This document shows, one piece after another, positions 49,382 to 60,075 of a stretch of DNA of 60,276 bases. The DNA is from a virus: positions 1-60,276 of the IMG/VR virus record IMGVR_UViG_3300009709_000005; one strand, written 5' to 3'. The notes beneath the pieces were generated by a model, which was not told the origin of the DNA, ran no database searches, and saw only the letters and a list, made by a program, of their open reading frames with translations. Position 1 is the stretch's first letter; every line of letters starts with the position of its first letter. The position numbers and the translations under genes were made by a program.

Positions 49382-50110
49382 ATGGGCGACACAGCAGCCA
49401 GCAGTTACTCCGGCAAAGGCCAAACCCAATGGGGGGTGTCTTCGAACGACGTCGCCCAGATGTCGGGCGGCAAATCTGCGGGCGGCATGCGTGGTATCGG
49501 CCTCGTCGCGTTCGTGCTGGGTCAGGTGCTGCTGAATAACAAGGCGTTGTCACTGGCCAAGGATTATTACAATGTCAACAAGCAGGACTTCAATTTTTTC
49601 ACGTCGGTGCATCAGGCACCGATGGCTGCTAGCGCTGCTGAAGCGTTCAACCCCACGCTCAACCCGGCTTACGTGCAGGACAAATACACGGCCATACCGG
49701 CCGCTGCGGCGCGCGTGGCCGACATGGATCGCCAGTGGTTTGCCGCGCGTCGCAGTATCAGCCGCTATGCCACGGGCGCCGGCGCCCGGCTAGACTATGA
49801 GTACGCCAAGAACCGGTCGCAGCAGATGGCGGCGAACTGGTGGCTCGGCTGGAAAAGCGAATTCGCTTACGCGCTGGAGCACAACGAACGCCAGTTCAAC
49901 CGCAAGGTCATGGTGGTTAACATCGGCATTGGCGCAGGCAACGAAGTCGCGCGCGGCCTCGCCGGCGCGGCGGGGAATCTGGAAAGCGCGCTGGGTAATC
50001 TGGGCAACCAGTTTGGCTCGCTAGCCGGTGGTCTGGGCCGGCAGATTGGCCAGAACGATGCGATGCAGCAAACGCGCAACACGTACAATCAAATCACCTC
50101 GGGGAACTGA
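49382..50110 (+). CDS. virion/internal protein (putative)
   Basis: 242 aa; hydrophobic segment GIGLVAFVLGQVLL. Confidence 0.35.
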   Translation: MGDTAASSYSGKGQTQWGVSSNDVAQMSGGKSAGGMRGIGLVAFVLGQVLLNNKALSLAKDYYNVNKQDFNFFTSVHQAPMAASAAEAFNPTLNPAYVQDKYTAIPAAAARVADMDRQWFAARRSISRYATGAGARLDYEYAKNRSQQMAANWWLGWKSEFAYALEHNERQFNRKVMVVNIGIGAGNEVARGLAGAAGNLESALGNLGNQFGSLAGGLGRQIGQNDAMQQTRNTYNQITSGN

Positions 50111-50112
50111 TC

Positions 50113-50976
50113 ATGCCAGCCTACGTCAATCCATTCGGTGCCTATGCGGAAGGGCAGGTGCAGGGCGGCGAGCAGGAGCGCGCCACGCAGGAAGGCGCGC
50201 GCCGCGCGCGCGCCGAAGATTGGCAGCACCGGTATCTGGACCCCATTACGCTCGAGACCGATCAACGCGCGAACGAGCTTGGCCGCTTTCGTGTTCCCTA
50301 CGAGCGCGAGGCCGTTAATGACGCTTCGCAGCAGCTGCGCGCTCAGACGATTGACGCGCGTCTTCGCACGGCTGGCGGCTTATTGACGGCCACGGGGGAT
50401 CCAAATCTTGTGCAGGACGTGGCCCACTACGCCGATAGCAATTACGTCAACCAGCCCAATGCTGACGTGATAAACCGCAACGACTTCACGCGCAATATCG
50501 AGATGGGCAATCAGGACATCAACCGCATGTATCGCACGGATCTCGGCGCCGCCCGAATGACGTCCGCCGACGCCGCGGTGCAGAACGCCCAGACACGTGC
50601 ACAGGTCGCAGGACGTACTGCCGCAGGTGGAAGCTACGTACCGCCCAGCGCGCGGGCTTTTGGGGCGCCAACGACCCCGATGCCCGATTTACCGACGTCT
50701 GCGCCCACTGCCGCGCCGGCTCCGGCGGCCACCCCGGGAATGGCACCAGCAGCTGCACCCGCTGCACCTGCCGCGGCATCCTATGACGGCAACGATCAAG
50801 CTGAGGTATCGCCGCACGCGGCCTATCTGCAGGACGCGTACCAAAACGTACCCGGCTTCGCGTCGCTGCATCCGATGCAGCAGGCTGCCATCGCGCACCA
50901 CGCGGTGAACTACAACAACCAAGCCGCGGCCAAGTCGACTCAGCCCAGTGTCGTTGATCAGTACGCCACGGCATGA
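50113..50976 (+). CDS. virion/internal protein (putative)
   Basis: 287 aa; Ala/Pro-rich linker. Confidence 0.35.
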   Translation: MPAYVNPFGAYAEGQVQGGEQERATQEGARRARAEDWQHRYLDPITLETDQRANELGRFRVPYEREAVNDASQQLRAQTIDARLRTAGGLLTATGDPNLVQDVAHYADSNYVNQPNADVINRNDFTRNIEMGNQDINRMYRTDLGAARMTSADAAVQNAQTRAQVAGRTAAGGSYVPPSARAFGAPTTPMPDLPTSAPTAAPAPAATPGMAPAAAPAAPAAASYDGNDQAEVSPHAAYLQDAYQNVPGFASLHPMQQAAIAHHAVNYNNQAAAKSTQPSVVDQYATA

Positions 50977-51692
50977 CCTCACGCCTCGACAGCATCTTGC
51001 AGCAGTACGGTTTCGGCGGTGGCGCCACGCCGGATAGTGCGGTGGCTGCGTCACAGTTGGATCCGTTGGCCGCGCCGGCGCCCGGCAGCAACACGGCACC
51101 CGACCCGTCGGCTGATCCTTCGCCCAACCAGAATCTGCAGCAGGCGATCGATTACGCCCACCAGATGGCCGCCAGCGCAGCGAAATACGCCAAGCCGATC
51201 GCGCAGGCAGCGTCCAACGTCCCGGGTGTGGTCGGCGCGGCCGGTGACGCCGCGCAGATGTACATGGACCCCAAGGCGCCGGTTACGGCCGATGTGATCA
51301 CTCCACTCATTCGCCGACATGAAAGCAGCAATGACTATTCCGCAGTTAACCGCGAAGGCAGCACGGCATCGGGTGCTTACCAGTATACGGACCCGACTTG
51401 GGCGGGTTATGGCGGTTATGCTCGCGCGGCGCTCGCTCCCCGCGCCGTACAGGATGCCCGCGCCGCGCAGGACGTCGCTGCAAACCTTGCACGCTACGGT
51501 GGTGATCCCTTCAAGGCTATTGCAGCCCACTACCTGCCAGCGGCTGCAGCAGACCCCAAAACATGGACGCACCCGTATACACTTCGCTCAGGCAAGACGG
51601 TCAGTCCTGTAGCCGACTACGTCAGGGCCACGGTAGCCAACACACCATTGCAGGGGCAGTTCGATGCGTACCTTAAGCACTACTCAAGTTGA
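50973..51692 (+). CDS. virion-associated lytic transglycosylase (SLT-like)
   Basis: RRHESSNDYSAVNREGSTASGAYQYT fits the E-S..S..GA.G..Q family-1 transglycosylase core. Confidence 0.6.
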   Translation: MTSRLDSILQQYGFGGGATPDSAVAASQLDPLAAPAPGSNTAPDPSADPSPNQNLQQAIDYAHQMAASAAKYAKPIAQAASNVPGVVGAAGDAAQMYMDPKAPVTADVITPLIRRHESSNDYSAVNREGSTASGAYQYTDPTWAGYGGYARAALAPRAVQDARAAQDVAANLARYGGDPFKAIAAHYLPAAAADPKTWTHPYTLRSGKTVSPVADYVRATVANTPLQGQFDAYLKHYSS

Positions 51693-51993
51693 TTCTGACC
51701 ACGGCAATTCACTGGTCGCCGAACTGCTGGGCTACGAGCAGGCCTACGAAGAGGCCAAGGACAAGGTCACCGCGGCTGACCCATTCATCAAATACTTCGA
51801 CGACAACAAGGAAATCACGCTGTCCGATGACGACGCGCATGACGCGCACTCGCTCTACATCGTGGCGCCGAACGACCCCATGGAGAGTTTCAGCTTGATC
51901 CCGCGCGTCGCGAAAAAGAACAAGCTCGGCAAGCTGTCGAAAGACGCGCTGCGCCGGATTCTGGGCAACCTCCTTGACTCGGTGAAAGTATGA
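51664..51993 (+). CDS. hypothetical acidic protein
   Basis: 109 aa; ATGA coupling to the giant gene. Confidence 0.35.
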   Translation: MRTLSTTQVDSDHGNSLVAELLGYEQAYEEAKDKVTAADPFIKYFDDNKEITLSDDDAHDAHSLYIVAPNDPMESFSLIPRVAKKNKLGKLSKDALRRILGNLLDSVKV

Positions 51994-54900
51994 GTGTCGT
52001 CGACCCCACCGCGATTCCGCCGCCCGTTCGCTACGCTGATCAGGGCAACGACGCGTACAGCCAGTACGTCAAGACAGGCCAGCTCCCCGCTGCTAATGCA
52101 GGTGGATCCATGGGTGTGCCGCCTGTCGTGGCTCCCGTGCAAGCGCCCGCTCCCGCGCCAGCACCGTCCGGCGGCGAGTTCGACGCGCTGGTCAAAGCCC
52201 ACGAAGCCACCAACGGTGGCAAGCCGCTCAGCGAGCAGCAGCTCGACAGCCTACGCGATTCGTACTGGGCGACGCAGGAGCCGGGCGTGTGGGCGAGCCA
52301 TAAGGGCATCACCAAAGGCGCTGTGCTGGCCGAGAAAGGTGCGTTCAACGCCGGGTACAACGACTACAAGGCCAAGTACCTCAAGACGCACGCGGACCCA
52401 GCGACGGTGGCCAAGGGCGGCGCGGGTGAAGCGCTGACCGATTTCGGTAAGGCGGCCGGCGGCACGTTGGCCAAAAGCGGTATCGAGCTGGGCCGTGACG
52501 TGGCTGGTGGTGTCGTTGGTCTCGGTGAGGGTATTGGCAATGCGTTCCAGCATTACGTGCTGGGCAACAAGGACTACGACGCGGCTACCGATCCGTCAAA
52601 CAGCGGCCTCAATACCGACCGTTTATTCAGTGGTATTGACAACGGTCTGGGTGCGCGCGCCGGTGAAGACGCGGTCGGCAAAATGGTGGCAGATGCCACA
52701 CAGCGCAGCCCCATCGCGGGTACGGCCGGCCAGATTGCGGGTGTAGTCGCTCCTGCGTTTATCCCCGGTGGTCAGGAAGTAGCCGGCGACGAGGCGGCTG
52801 GGTTTATCGCGTCGCACCTGCCCGGTGCCGTCAAGGCCGCTATTGGCCCAACGCTCAGCCAACAAGGCGACGCGCGCGACAAGGGCGCCAGTGTGGCCCA
52901 GCAGTATGGCGTAGCTGGTGTTGGTGCGCTGACTAACACGGCGATGGGTCTGGTACCGGGCGCGAAATCCGTGCTGGGCCGCGCCGCGGTCAACGCTCTC
53001 GTGGGCGGCGGTGTTGGGGCTGCGGGGCAGGAAGCGCAGCATCTCATCGCCCCCAATCAGGTCGACGCCCCGACGCTTCCCGATACGGGCAAGCAGGCGG
53101 GTGTGGCTGCTGTGCTCGGTGAGCTGGCCCACCGCGGTGGGAATATCCTCGCGCGAAAGAAACCGGCAGAAACCGTGGCACCCGCGGCAAACCCCGTCGA
53201 TGCAGCAGGCAACCCGGTCACGAACGCCGATGGCTCCCCGGTGCAAATCGCACCGGGCGTGGAGCTACCAGTCAACCCCAATGCCGCGCCCGTACCCCCC
53301 GACGCTATTCCGCCCGGCCCCGGCGTGCCGGACGATGTGCATGCTGTCGTGGTTAAGCGTGCCGAGAGCGAAGGCAATCTGGCCAAGCCCAAGAAGGGTG
53401 AGGTGCTGACGGCGCCGGAAGTAGTGGCGCGCGCCAAGATCCTCGCCAGCGAAGACGACACCGGCACCGTGCAGCCCCAATGGGTGCAGATGACTGCCGA
53501 GCAGCGCCAGACCGCGATTGAAGCGGCGGCGTCAGCCCTGAACAAGCACGCTAAGGTAGACGGCCTGCCTGAAGCACTGGCGGCTGATCGTGCCACAGCC
53601 CTTGCGCCTGCCCCGGCAGTGGCCGCGGAAGCTGACGCCGTGCCCGAGGGTGCCACCGTACCGACAGAGACCGGAGAAGTGCCGCAGGCGAATTCAGCCG
53701 CCGATCTGGCCAACTTCGGCAAGATGGGTAAAGGCATCGCCGACAGTTTCTACGACGGATTTTTCAACCGCTTGCAGGGCAAGGCCGGATCCACGTCGAC
53801 GTTTGATTCCGAGCCCCAGTTCGCCGCGGCTAAGGCGGCGATGGCGCGCGGTGAGATTTCCACACCTGAAGATCTAAAAGCGTTTCTCAACAAACCGGCG
53901 GCGCAAATCCCCGGCATGGAGGATGGCTCCGAAACCCCGCCTGCCGCGCAGGTAGGCAATGACGTGGCCGCGGCTGCACTGGCCGGTGAAGGTGCCAACG
54001 CCAGCCCGATTGACAACACCCCCAAGACGTCGGACGCGCGCACCGCGGCGCAGGCCCAGCAGAGTGGCACGATCGACGAAGTGCAGCAGCACGCCGACCT
54101 CGACGCCCAGCTCAAGGCGATGAAGAAAGGCCTGAAGCCGAAATTCACCAAGGCCACCATCGACAAGATGACGTTGGCCGACAAGCAGAAAGTGATTGCC
54201 GACGCACAGCCGAAACCCAAAGCCAATCCGCTGGCCAAGAAAGGCGCGCCCAGCGATGACGTGTTGGCGGCAACGCAGAAGGCCGATGCTCCGGGCATCA
54301 ACAAGATCAATGACAACGGGCAGCCGCGCCAGCCGGGCGAGCCGTTGTCCAGCAAGACGCCGATCGTGTCGACGAAAGATGTGCACCTCGCCGGTGGCGT
54401 GAGTCAGGACGGCAATACGATCTACATCGATCAGCGCATGCCGAAGTTCGTCGTGGTCGGCGGCAAGCGGATCAACGTGCACGAAGCCGTAGCGCTGCAC
54501 GAGCGCGTCGAATGGCCGCTGATGAAAGAGATGGGCGCAAAGTACCACGATGCACACGACGCCGCGACGGCCGCGGAGAACCATTTCATCCGTCAAAAGT
54601 ATGGCGTGGACCCCGAGCTCTACCAGAAGAAGCTGCAGGCAGCGATCAAGAAAGCCGGCATCGAGAACCGCCACCCCAGCGCCGACATCCCCGCCGATCT
54701 GGACACTCAGCCGAACGTTGACTTGGGCGATACCAAGCCGCTGGAGGGCAAGGTCAATCCGATTAGCAAACGGGGCTCCCCACCAAAAAAAGCGGAGGCT
54801 CCGGCGGACGCGCAACCGGCGGAGCCAGTAGCCTCAAGCGAAAGCCAGCCAAGCCTAAGTGACGCGGAAAAGCTGCTCGCCCAGCATCTGACGCCCAGCG

Positions 54901-57900
54901 AGCTAGGGCTGGCTCGCATCGAGCTCGAGAACGCACGCAGCGGCTTGTCGTCCGATGAATGGAACGCACGAGTGCGGGAGCTGCGCACCGACGAGAGCAT
55001 TACGGCCGAAGAAGCCAAGATGCTCCGTCAGGCCGGCCGCAAGGAAGCGCCGGACCCCACGCTGCGCGACCGCGGCAACAAGGCTGAACCCGACGTGGCG
55101 CCGAGCATGGATGCCGCCTACAGCATGGATGAACAGATCGCCGAGCGCCGCACCCCGGGCAATTCCGACGAAGCCAAAGCCGCAGCCGCCGTGGCGCGCG
55201 AAGCCGAGTCGTTCAAAGCCGATCGCCTGAAGAGCAGCCGAGCCGTGGCCAAAGACATCATCGCCAAGATGCGCAGCGCGTTTGCCGACAGCCCGAACCA
55301 CATGAAAGCGATCGACCTGCTGGACTGGGCGCTCGACAAGAACCCGGCGCTAGTGGACCGCATACGCGTGCAGGCCAAGAACCTCGGGCGCTACACCGGC
55401 GGCACGTTTGATTTTCTCGACCGCATCCTGACCGTGACCACGGACAGGAACATTCCGACCGACGCGGCGGTGCACGAGCTGCTGCATGCCAGCGAAGAGC
55501 TGTTGCCCCCCTCCATCGGCGACAAGATCCTCGCCGCGCGCCGCGCAGAGGTGCTGGCTGAGTCTGCCAAAGCGGCGCCGCGCGAACGGGCTTTCTTCAG
55601 TGCCGTGCAGCGCGCCATCAACGCCCCGCCGGCCGAACGCCAGTTCCGCACGCAGGAAGCGCAGGGCCAGCTCAAACTGCTGTCGGAAAGCGCCAAGGCC
55701 GCTGGCGATCCGCTGCCGCGCGATCGGTTCGACCATCTCTACTCGCTCACCGATGCCAGCGAATATTGGGCGGTCAACGCGACGCAGATGCTGCAGGGCC
55801 GCGCCGAGGCATCCGGCGTGATGGGTAAAGCGGCGCAGTGGCTGCGCGAGTTCATCAGCAAGATGAAAAACGTGCTGGCCGGCAACGCCAACAAGAACGC
55901 GATCCTCGATGGCCTGAACCACGTGCTGGAGCCCGGCCAGAGCGAGCCGGTAGCCAAGGCCTACCTGCGCCGCTACGACGACCTGCGCGAGCAGTACAAG
56001 GGCCAGCCCGCCGCGTTCAGCTCGGTGGGCGACGCCGAGCCCGTGGCGCGCATGATCACGCAGTCACCGGCCAAGACGATCACCGACGCGCACCCTACGA
56101 CCCAGATGGACAACCTCGTGGAGTCGTTTGCCAACAACGCGAAAATGTTCTTGAAGATCGACGCTGGCTTGCGCAAAGCGCTGGGCGCGGATTACGACGA
56201 AACCACCAGCCCGTATAACGCGTCGGTTCGCCTGCCCAGCGATCGGGAGCGGATGCGCGGCATCGACCGCGACGAAGTGATCGCGCCACTCGACAATTAC
56301 TTCAAGACCGACGGCCAGTGGCAGAAGTTCGGCAAGACGCCCGAAGAGGCGATCGATCGGGTCGGCGTCTATCTGCAAACCAAGCACGCGCTTGACGAAC
56401 GGATCCCGCAGCAGTTCGCGGAGAACGTGCCGCTCAACAACGGCCGCGAAGTGACGCGCCAGAAAATCATGGCTGAAGCGGCTGCCGCGCGCGCGCCGGC
56501 GCAGGCAAAAGCCGCGAAAGCGAAACTCGACGCGCTGGTCAAAGCCAACGCCTCCATGCCGGTCGACGCATGGGCCGACAGTAATTTCGGCAAGGACTTC
56601 ATGGACGGCCTGCGCCGGCAGCGGCAGGAGCTGCAAGGTCGCGGCATCAACGACACCACGACCGCGCCGATCAACGACATGGTCCAGAAGATCAACGAGC
56701 GCGCGCGGCAGCGCCTGATCGAGTCGGGCAAGGTGGCCAGCGATGACATGTGGACGCAGTTCAACGGGTACAAGCACTACGTGCCACTGAAAGGTTCCGC
56801 GCTCGATGGCGTGGCCGATGCGCAGACCGAGCCGATGCTGCAGGCCGACGATCTGTCGGGCATCACACGACAAAAGAACGGGTACGTGACCAACCTCGCT
56901 CAGCTGCGCACCGCTGAAGGTCGCGCGACATGGGCATCCAATCCTTTGCTGCGCACACTGATCGATGCCGGCAACGCCGCGGGCAACGCCGCGGACCATG
57001 GGTTTACTGGCAATACGCTGGACCTGATACGCGCGGCCAAACGCGACCCGCGCCTTGCAGATAGCGAACTGTCCAAGGTGGTCATCCACCGGTACGAAGG
57101 CACGCCACGCGGCGGCTACGACAACCTTACCACCGGCGCGCACATCGACAACCTCAACGGCCACAAGAACGCGTTGGTGCACAACGACGGGCGCTTCCAC
57201 TACGTGATGGAGTTCCCCGAAGGCAGCCAGTATTACCGCGGCCTGCAGGCGATCAACACCAACTTCGACCCGCGCGAGTTCCCGATGCTCAAGCCGGTGA
57301 TCGATGCATCGGAGCACCTGATCAACAAGGGCGTGCAGGCGGTATCGAAACTGACCGGCAAGCCAATCGCGCGGCAGGAGAAACTGATCACCCGAGCCAA
57401 CCAGTTTGTGGGCAAGGCGTACACCATCGCCAACCCGATTTGGCAGATCACCACGCTGCTGCCGCGCTCCATGATGGAGAAGCCGCTGATGATGGCGGTG
57501 CGCAACGGCGGCGTCATCGACGGCGCTCAACTGCTGGCCAAGACCTACGCGAACATTTTGTCCGGCGCGCTGAAGGGCGGCAAGGCATGGGGCTTGCTGC
57601 TGCGCCACGACGCAGCCGGCCTGCGCGCCGAAGCCAAAGCTAACCCCGGCTCCATGGCCGACTGGTGGAATAGGTATCAGGAGGGCGGTGGCGGCAATAC
57701 GTTCTCGCAAGGCTTCACCATGGACGAGTCGAAGAACCTGTTCGTGCAGGGCATCAAGCAGGCCGAGGCGAACCCGCTATCGAAGGGCGTGCATGCATAC
57801 GTAAAGTACATGGGCGGGCTGTCCGACGCGATCGAGAATATGTCGTCGCTGGGCATCTTCAAAACGTTCGTCGAGGAGCACGGGCTGGATGATCGCACCG

Positions 57901-59171
57901 CGGCGGCGCGCACCAAGGACCTGCTGAACTACCAGCAGACCGGCACGGCTGGCAAAGCGCTCAACGGATATCACAACTATTTCCGCGTGATCATGACGCA
58001 GAACGAAAGCACGCTACGCGCGTTCCAACACACCGACGGCCCACACACCTACAGTTTCGGCGGCAAGAGTTTTCAGTCCAGCTTTGACTGGGGAAAGATT
58101 GGCCAGTGGGGTCTGGTGATGGGCGGCTACTCGATGGCCAAGTATTTTTTCGACAGGCAGATGATGGGCGAGGACGAAAACGGGAAATCGGTGCTGGCCA
58201 AGATCGCCAAGGTGAACGCGTTTGACCTCGTGCAGAAGAGCTTTATCCCCGGTACTGGCAGCGACGGCCACCCGGTCGCCGTGCCGATGGGTCTGGGGCT
58301 CGCTCAGATCCTCACGGCGGGCGGCACCCTTGCCGCGGCTGTCACGGCCGGCGACATCGCGCCTGACGAAGCGGCGAAGGCCTACGGCGAGATGCTGCAG
58401 CGGAACGTGAGCTTCATCGAGCCGACGGCGACACCCGAAGGGTCGAGCATCCCGCAGAAAGCGTTCGCCTACGCCAACGGCATGATCCTACCCAGCATCG
58501 CGCAGCCCGGCGCCGCGCTCAGCGCCAACGCGAACGTATTCGGCCAGCCCATCCATACGGCCTACCCCGACGACAAGAAGTTCGTTTCGGATCAGGGCAA
58601 GCGCACCACGCCCAAGATGTGGAAAGATCTCGCCGGCGATCTGCGCGAACACACCGGTATCGACTTTTACCCTGAAACCCTGCCTTTCGTGGTGACCAAC
58701 TACGGCGGATCGACCGTGACCGATCTGCTGCGCCTCACGCTGGCTTCGCAGCCGCGCACCGACCAAGGCCTGCCCGACAACGCCCTGACGGCCACCACGC
58801 GCCTCACCAACAGCGACGCAGACTATTACGACAGCGCCCGGATGTACAAGACGCTTGACAGCCTGCTGGACACCAAGAAACAGCTCAGCTCGATCCAGCA
58901 GCACGCCGGTGAGCAGGCGGGCGCCGTAGGCTCTGACGCGTACAAGGCGGCGGCGCAGCAAGCCGGCAACGAATGGATCTCCAGCAACCCGCAGGCGGCC
59001 AAGGAGCTGACGGCGTACAACCAGCTCGACGCAGCGCGCAAGACGTTCCAATCGGGGGTCAAGGCGTTGGCTACGTCGAACTACACGCCCGAGGGCAAAC
59101 GGAACGCGAGAAAGCTGTTGGACAGCCAGCTGCGTCAGGCGACCGACGCAGCTGAGAAAGCGCTGGAGTGA
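51990..59171 (+). CDS. giant (2393-aa) virion/ejection protein with zincin-like HExxH motif (polyvalent-protein-like)
   Basis: Single uninterrupted ORF at the end of the late arm next to the transglycosylase. Gly-rich hydrophobic N-terminal region. AAVHELLHASEE (HELLH at nt 55473-55487). Confidence 0.6.
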   Translation: MSVVDPTAIPPPVRYADQGNDAYSQYVKTGQLPAANAGGSMGVPPVVAPVQAPAPAPAPSGGEFDALVKAHEATNGGKPLSEQQLDSLRDSYWATQEPGVWASHKGITKGAVLAEKGAFNAGYNDYKAKYLKTHADPATVAKGGAGEALTDFGKAAGGTLAKSGIELGRDVAGGVVGLGEGIGNAFQHYVLGNKDYDAATDPSNSGLNTDRLFSGIDNGLGARAGEDAVGKMVADATQRSPIAGTAGQIAGVVAPAFIPGGQEVAGDEAAGFIASHLPGAVKAAIGPTLSQQGDARDKGASVAQQYGVAGVGALTNTAMGLVPGAKSVLGRAAVNALVGGGVGAAGQEAQHLIAPNQVDAPTLPDTGKQAGVAAVLGELAHRGGNILARKKPAETVAPAANPVDAAGNPVTNADGSPVQIAPGVELPVNPNAAPVPPDAIPPGPGVPDDVHAVVVKRAESEGNLAKPKKGEVLTAPEVVARAKILASEDDTGTVQPQWVQMTAEQRQTAIEAAASALNKHAKVDGLPEALAADRATALAPAPAVAAEADAVPEGATVPTETGEVPQANSAADLANFGKMGKGIADSFYDGFFNRLQGKAGSTSTFDSEPQFAAAKAAMARGEISTPEDLKAFLNKPAAQIPGMEDGSETPPAAQVGNDVAAAALAGEGANASPIDNTPKTSDARTAAQAQQSGTIDEVQQHADLDAQLKAMKKGLKPKFTKATIDKMTLADKQKVIADAQPKPKANPLAKKGAPSDDVLAATQKADAPGINKINDNGQPRQPGEPLSSKTPIVSTKDVHLAGGVSQDGNTIYIDQRMPKFVVVGGKRINVHEAVALHERVEWPLMKEMGAKYHDAHDAATAAENHFIRQKYGVDPELYQKKLQAAIKKAGIENRHPSADIPADLDTQPNVDLGDTKPLEGKVNPISKRGSPPKKAEAPADAQPAEPVASSESQPSLSDAEKLLAQHLTPSELGLARIELENARSGLSSDEWNARVRELRTDESITAEEAKMLRQAGRKEAPDPTLRDRGNKAEPDVAPSMDAAYSMDEQIAERRTPGNSDEAKAAAAVAREAESFKADRLKSSRAVAKDIIAKMRSAFADSPNHMKAIDLLDWALDKNPALVDRIRVQAKNLGRYTGGTFDFLDRILTVTTDRNIPTDAAVHELLHASEELLPPSIGDKILAARRAEVLAESAKAAPRERAFFSAVQRAINAPPAERQFRTQEAQGQLKLLSESAKAAGDPLPRDRFDHLYSLTDASEYWAVNATQMLQGRAEASGVMGKAAQWLREFISKMKNVLAGNANKNAILDGLNHVLEPGQSEPVAKAYLRRYDDLREQYKGQPAAFSSVGDAEPVARMITQSPAKTITDAHPTTQMDNLVESFANNAKMFLKIDAGLRKALGADYDETTSPYNASVRLPSDRERMRGIDRDEVIAPLDNYFKTDGQWQKFGKTPEEAIDRVGVYLQTKHALDERIPQQFAENVPLNNGREVTRQKIMAEAAAARAPAQAKAAKAKLDALVKANASMPVDAWADSNFGKDFMDGLRRQRQELQGRGINDTTTAPINDMVQKINERARQRLIESGKVASDDMWTQFNGYKHYVPLKGSALDGVADAQTEPMLQADDLSGITRQKNGYVTNLAQLRTAEGRATWASNPLLRTLIDAGNAAGNAADHGFTGNTLDLIRAAKRDPRLADSELSKVVIHRYEGTPRGGYDNLTTGAHIDNLNGHKNALVHNDGRFHYVMEFPEGSQYYRGLQAINTNFDPREFPMLKPVIDASEHLINKGVQAVSKLTGKPIARQEKLITRANQFVGKAYTIANPIWQITTLLPRSMMEKPLMMAVRNGGVIDGAQLLAKTYANILSGALKGGKAWGLLLRHDAAGLRAEAKANPGSMADWWNRYQEGGGGNTFSQGFTMDESKNLFVQGIKQAEANPLSKGVHAYVKYMGGLSDAIENMSSLGIFKTFVEEHGLDDRTAAARTKDLLNYQQTGTAGKALNGYHNYFRVIMTQNESTLRAFQHTDGPHTYSFGGKSFQSSFDWGKIGQWGLVMGGYSMAKYFFDRQMMGEDENGKSVLAKIAKVNAFDLVQKSFIPGTGSDGHPVAVPMGLGLAQILTAGGTLAAAVTAGDIAPDEAAKAYGEMLQRNVSFIEPTATPEGSSIPQKAFAYANGMILPSIAQPGAALSANANVFGQPIHTAYPDDKKFVSDQGKRTTPKMWKDLAGDLREHTGIDFYPETLPFVVTNYGGSTVTDLLRLTLASQPRTDQGLPDNALTATTRLTNSDADYYDSARMYKTLDSLLDTKKQLSSIQQHAGEQAGAVGSDAYKAAAQQAGNEWISSNPQAAKELTAYNQLDAARKTFQSGVKALATSNYTPEGKRNARKLLDSQLRQATDAAEKALE

Positions 59172-59864
59172 TTACCCGTCGGCTGGCGTGGCGCGAAGGG
59201 CTAATACGGCTTCTGCGGCAAGTCGGTATTCGTCTTGATGCACTTCGTCTTCCCATTCTTCGACGTTTGTTTCGCCGAACCGATGCCACAAAGCGATTGC
59301 ACCTTGCTCGACCAACTCATCCCCACCCTGCGCAGCTACCCGGTCGGCGGATGGGGCGGGAGGCGTGTACTCATAAACGGTCGTCGTGTCGTAAGCGCTT
59401 TCATGCTCACGCGTTGTTACAGGTGCGTTGCATGTTGGGCACGTCGGGTTAGTCCAGCTTGCGCACGGCCCTGTGTGACCTTCGCCACGAGTGCAGAACC
59501 AGCCCTGTTCTGGCATATCGCAAACTGCTTTGATGGTCAGCGTTGACCCAACTCGTTCAGCAGTTTCCTTGATGGCCTTCGCCAGTTCGGGATTCCAGAT
59601 CGTGAATTTCTTCCCCTTCGCATCCACGATATGCCACGCGCAGGGAACAGCCTCCGCTTTCTCCTGCTCGGCGATGAGATGGGCGCATGATTCTTTCCAC
59701 GCCGCAAGGTAGGCGAACCATCGGTCGTTAACGCGAAAATCGTTATAACTACCGTCCATATTCTGGCGCAAGCTCATTGGCTTACCGCGCTGCTTGCAAG
59801 CTTTCCAACCAGCGGTCGTCTGAATCCACTTCTCAAACGCCGCACGCTCACTTTCGTTAGTCAT
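59172..59864 (-). CDS. hypothetical Cys-containing protein (last gene of the leftward arm)
   Basis: ATG at 59864 (MTNESERAAFEKW). Its stop directly abuts the stop of the giant plus-strand gene. Confidence 0.45.
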   Translation of the reverse strand: MTNESERAAFEKWIQTTAGWKACKQRGKPMSLRQNMDGSYNDFRVNDRWFAYLAAWKESCAHLIAEQEKAEAVPCAWHIVDAKGKKFTIWNPELAKAIKETAERVGSTLTIKAVCDMPEQGWFCTRGEGHTGPCASWTNPTCPTCNAPVTTREHESAYDTTTVYEYTPPAPSADRVAAQGGDELVEQGAIALWHRFGETNVEEWEDEVHQDEYRLAAEAVLALRATPADG

Positions 59865-60075
59865 GGGATTTGGCCTGTTGTGGTAAATGGATTCGGCAAA
59901 GCATGAATTTATCTCCGCATCTCGGACATTGCGAAAAAATAGTGGCGTGTATACGGCCAATGCCATCTTTCGGACCAACCCAAACATCAGCGTATTGCTC
60001 TCCTGGCGAATACCATCCCTTCTTTGCGTAAACTGGTGGCTTATGTCCAACAACAGAGCAAAGAAAATTACTCAT
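59857..60075 (-). CDS. DUF1660-like small zinc-ribbon protein
   Basis: N-terminal FLCSVVGHK and CPRCG resemble the prophage DUF1660 pattern. ATG overlaps the end of the Lar-like ORF. Confidence 0.45.
   Translation of the reverse strand: MSNFLCSVVGHKPPVYAKKGWYSPGEQYADVWVGPKDGIGRIHATIFSQCPRCGDKFMLCRIHLPQQAKSHD

Noticed and set aside
51990-59171. Giant protein as an N4-like virion RNA polymerase.
   Set aside because: No recognisable single-subunit RNAP motifs. The early promoters look like host sigma70 promoters. This was not excluded by a profile search.
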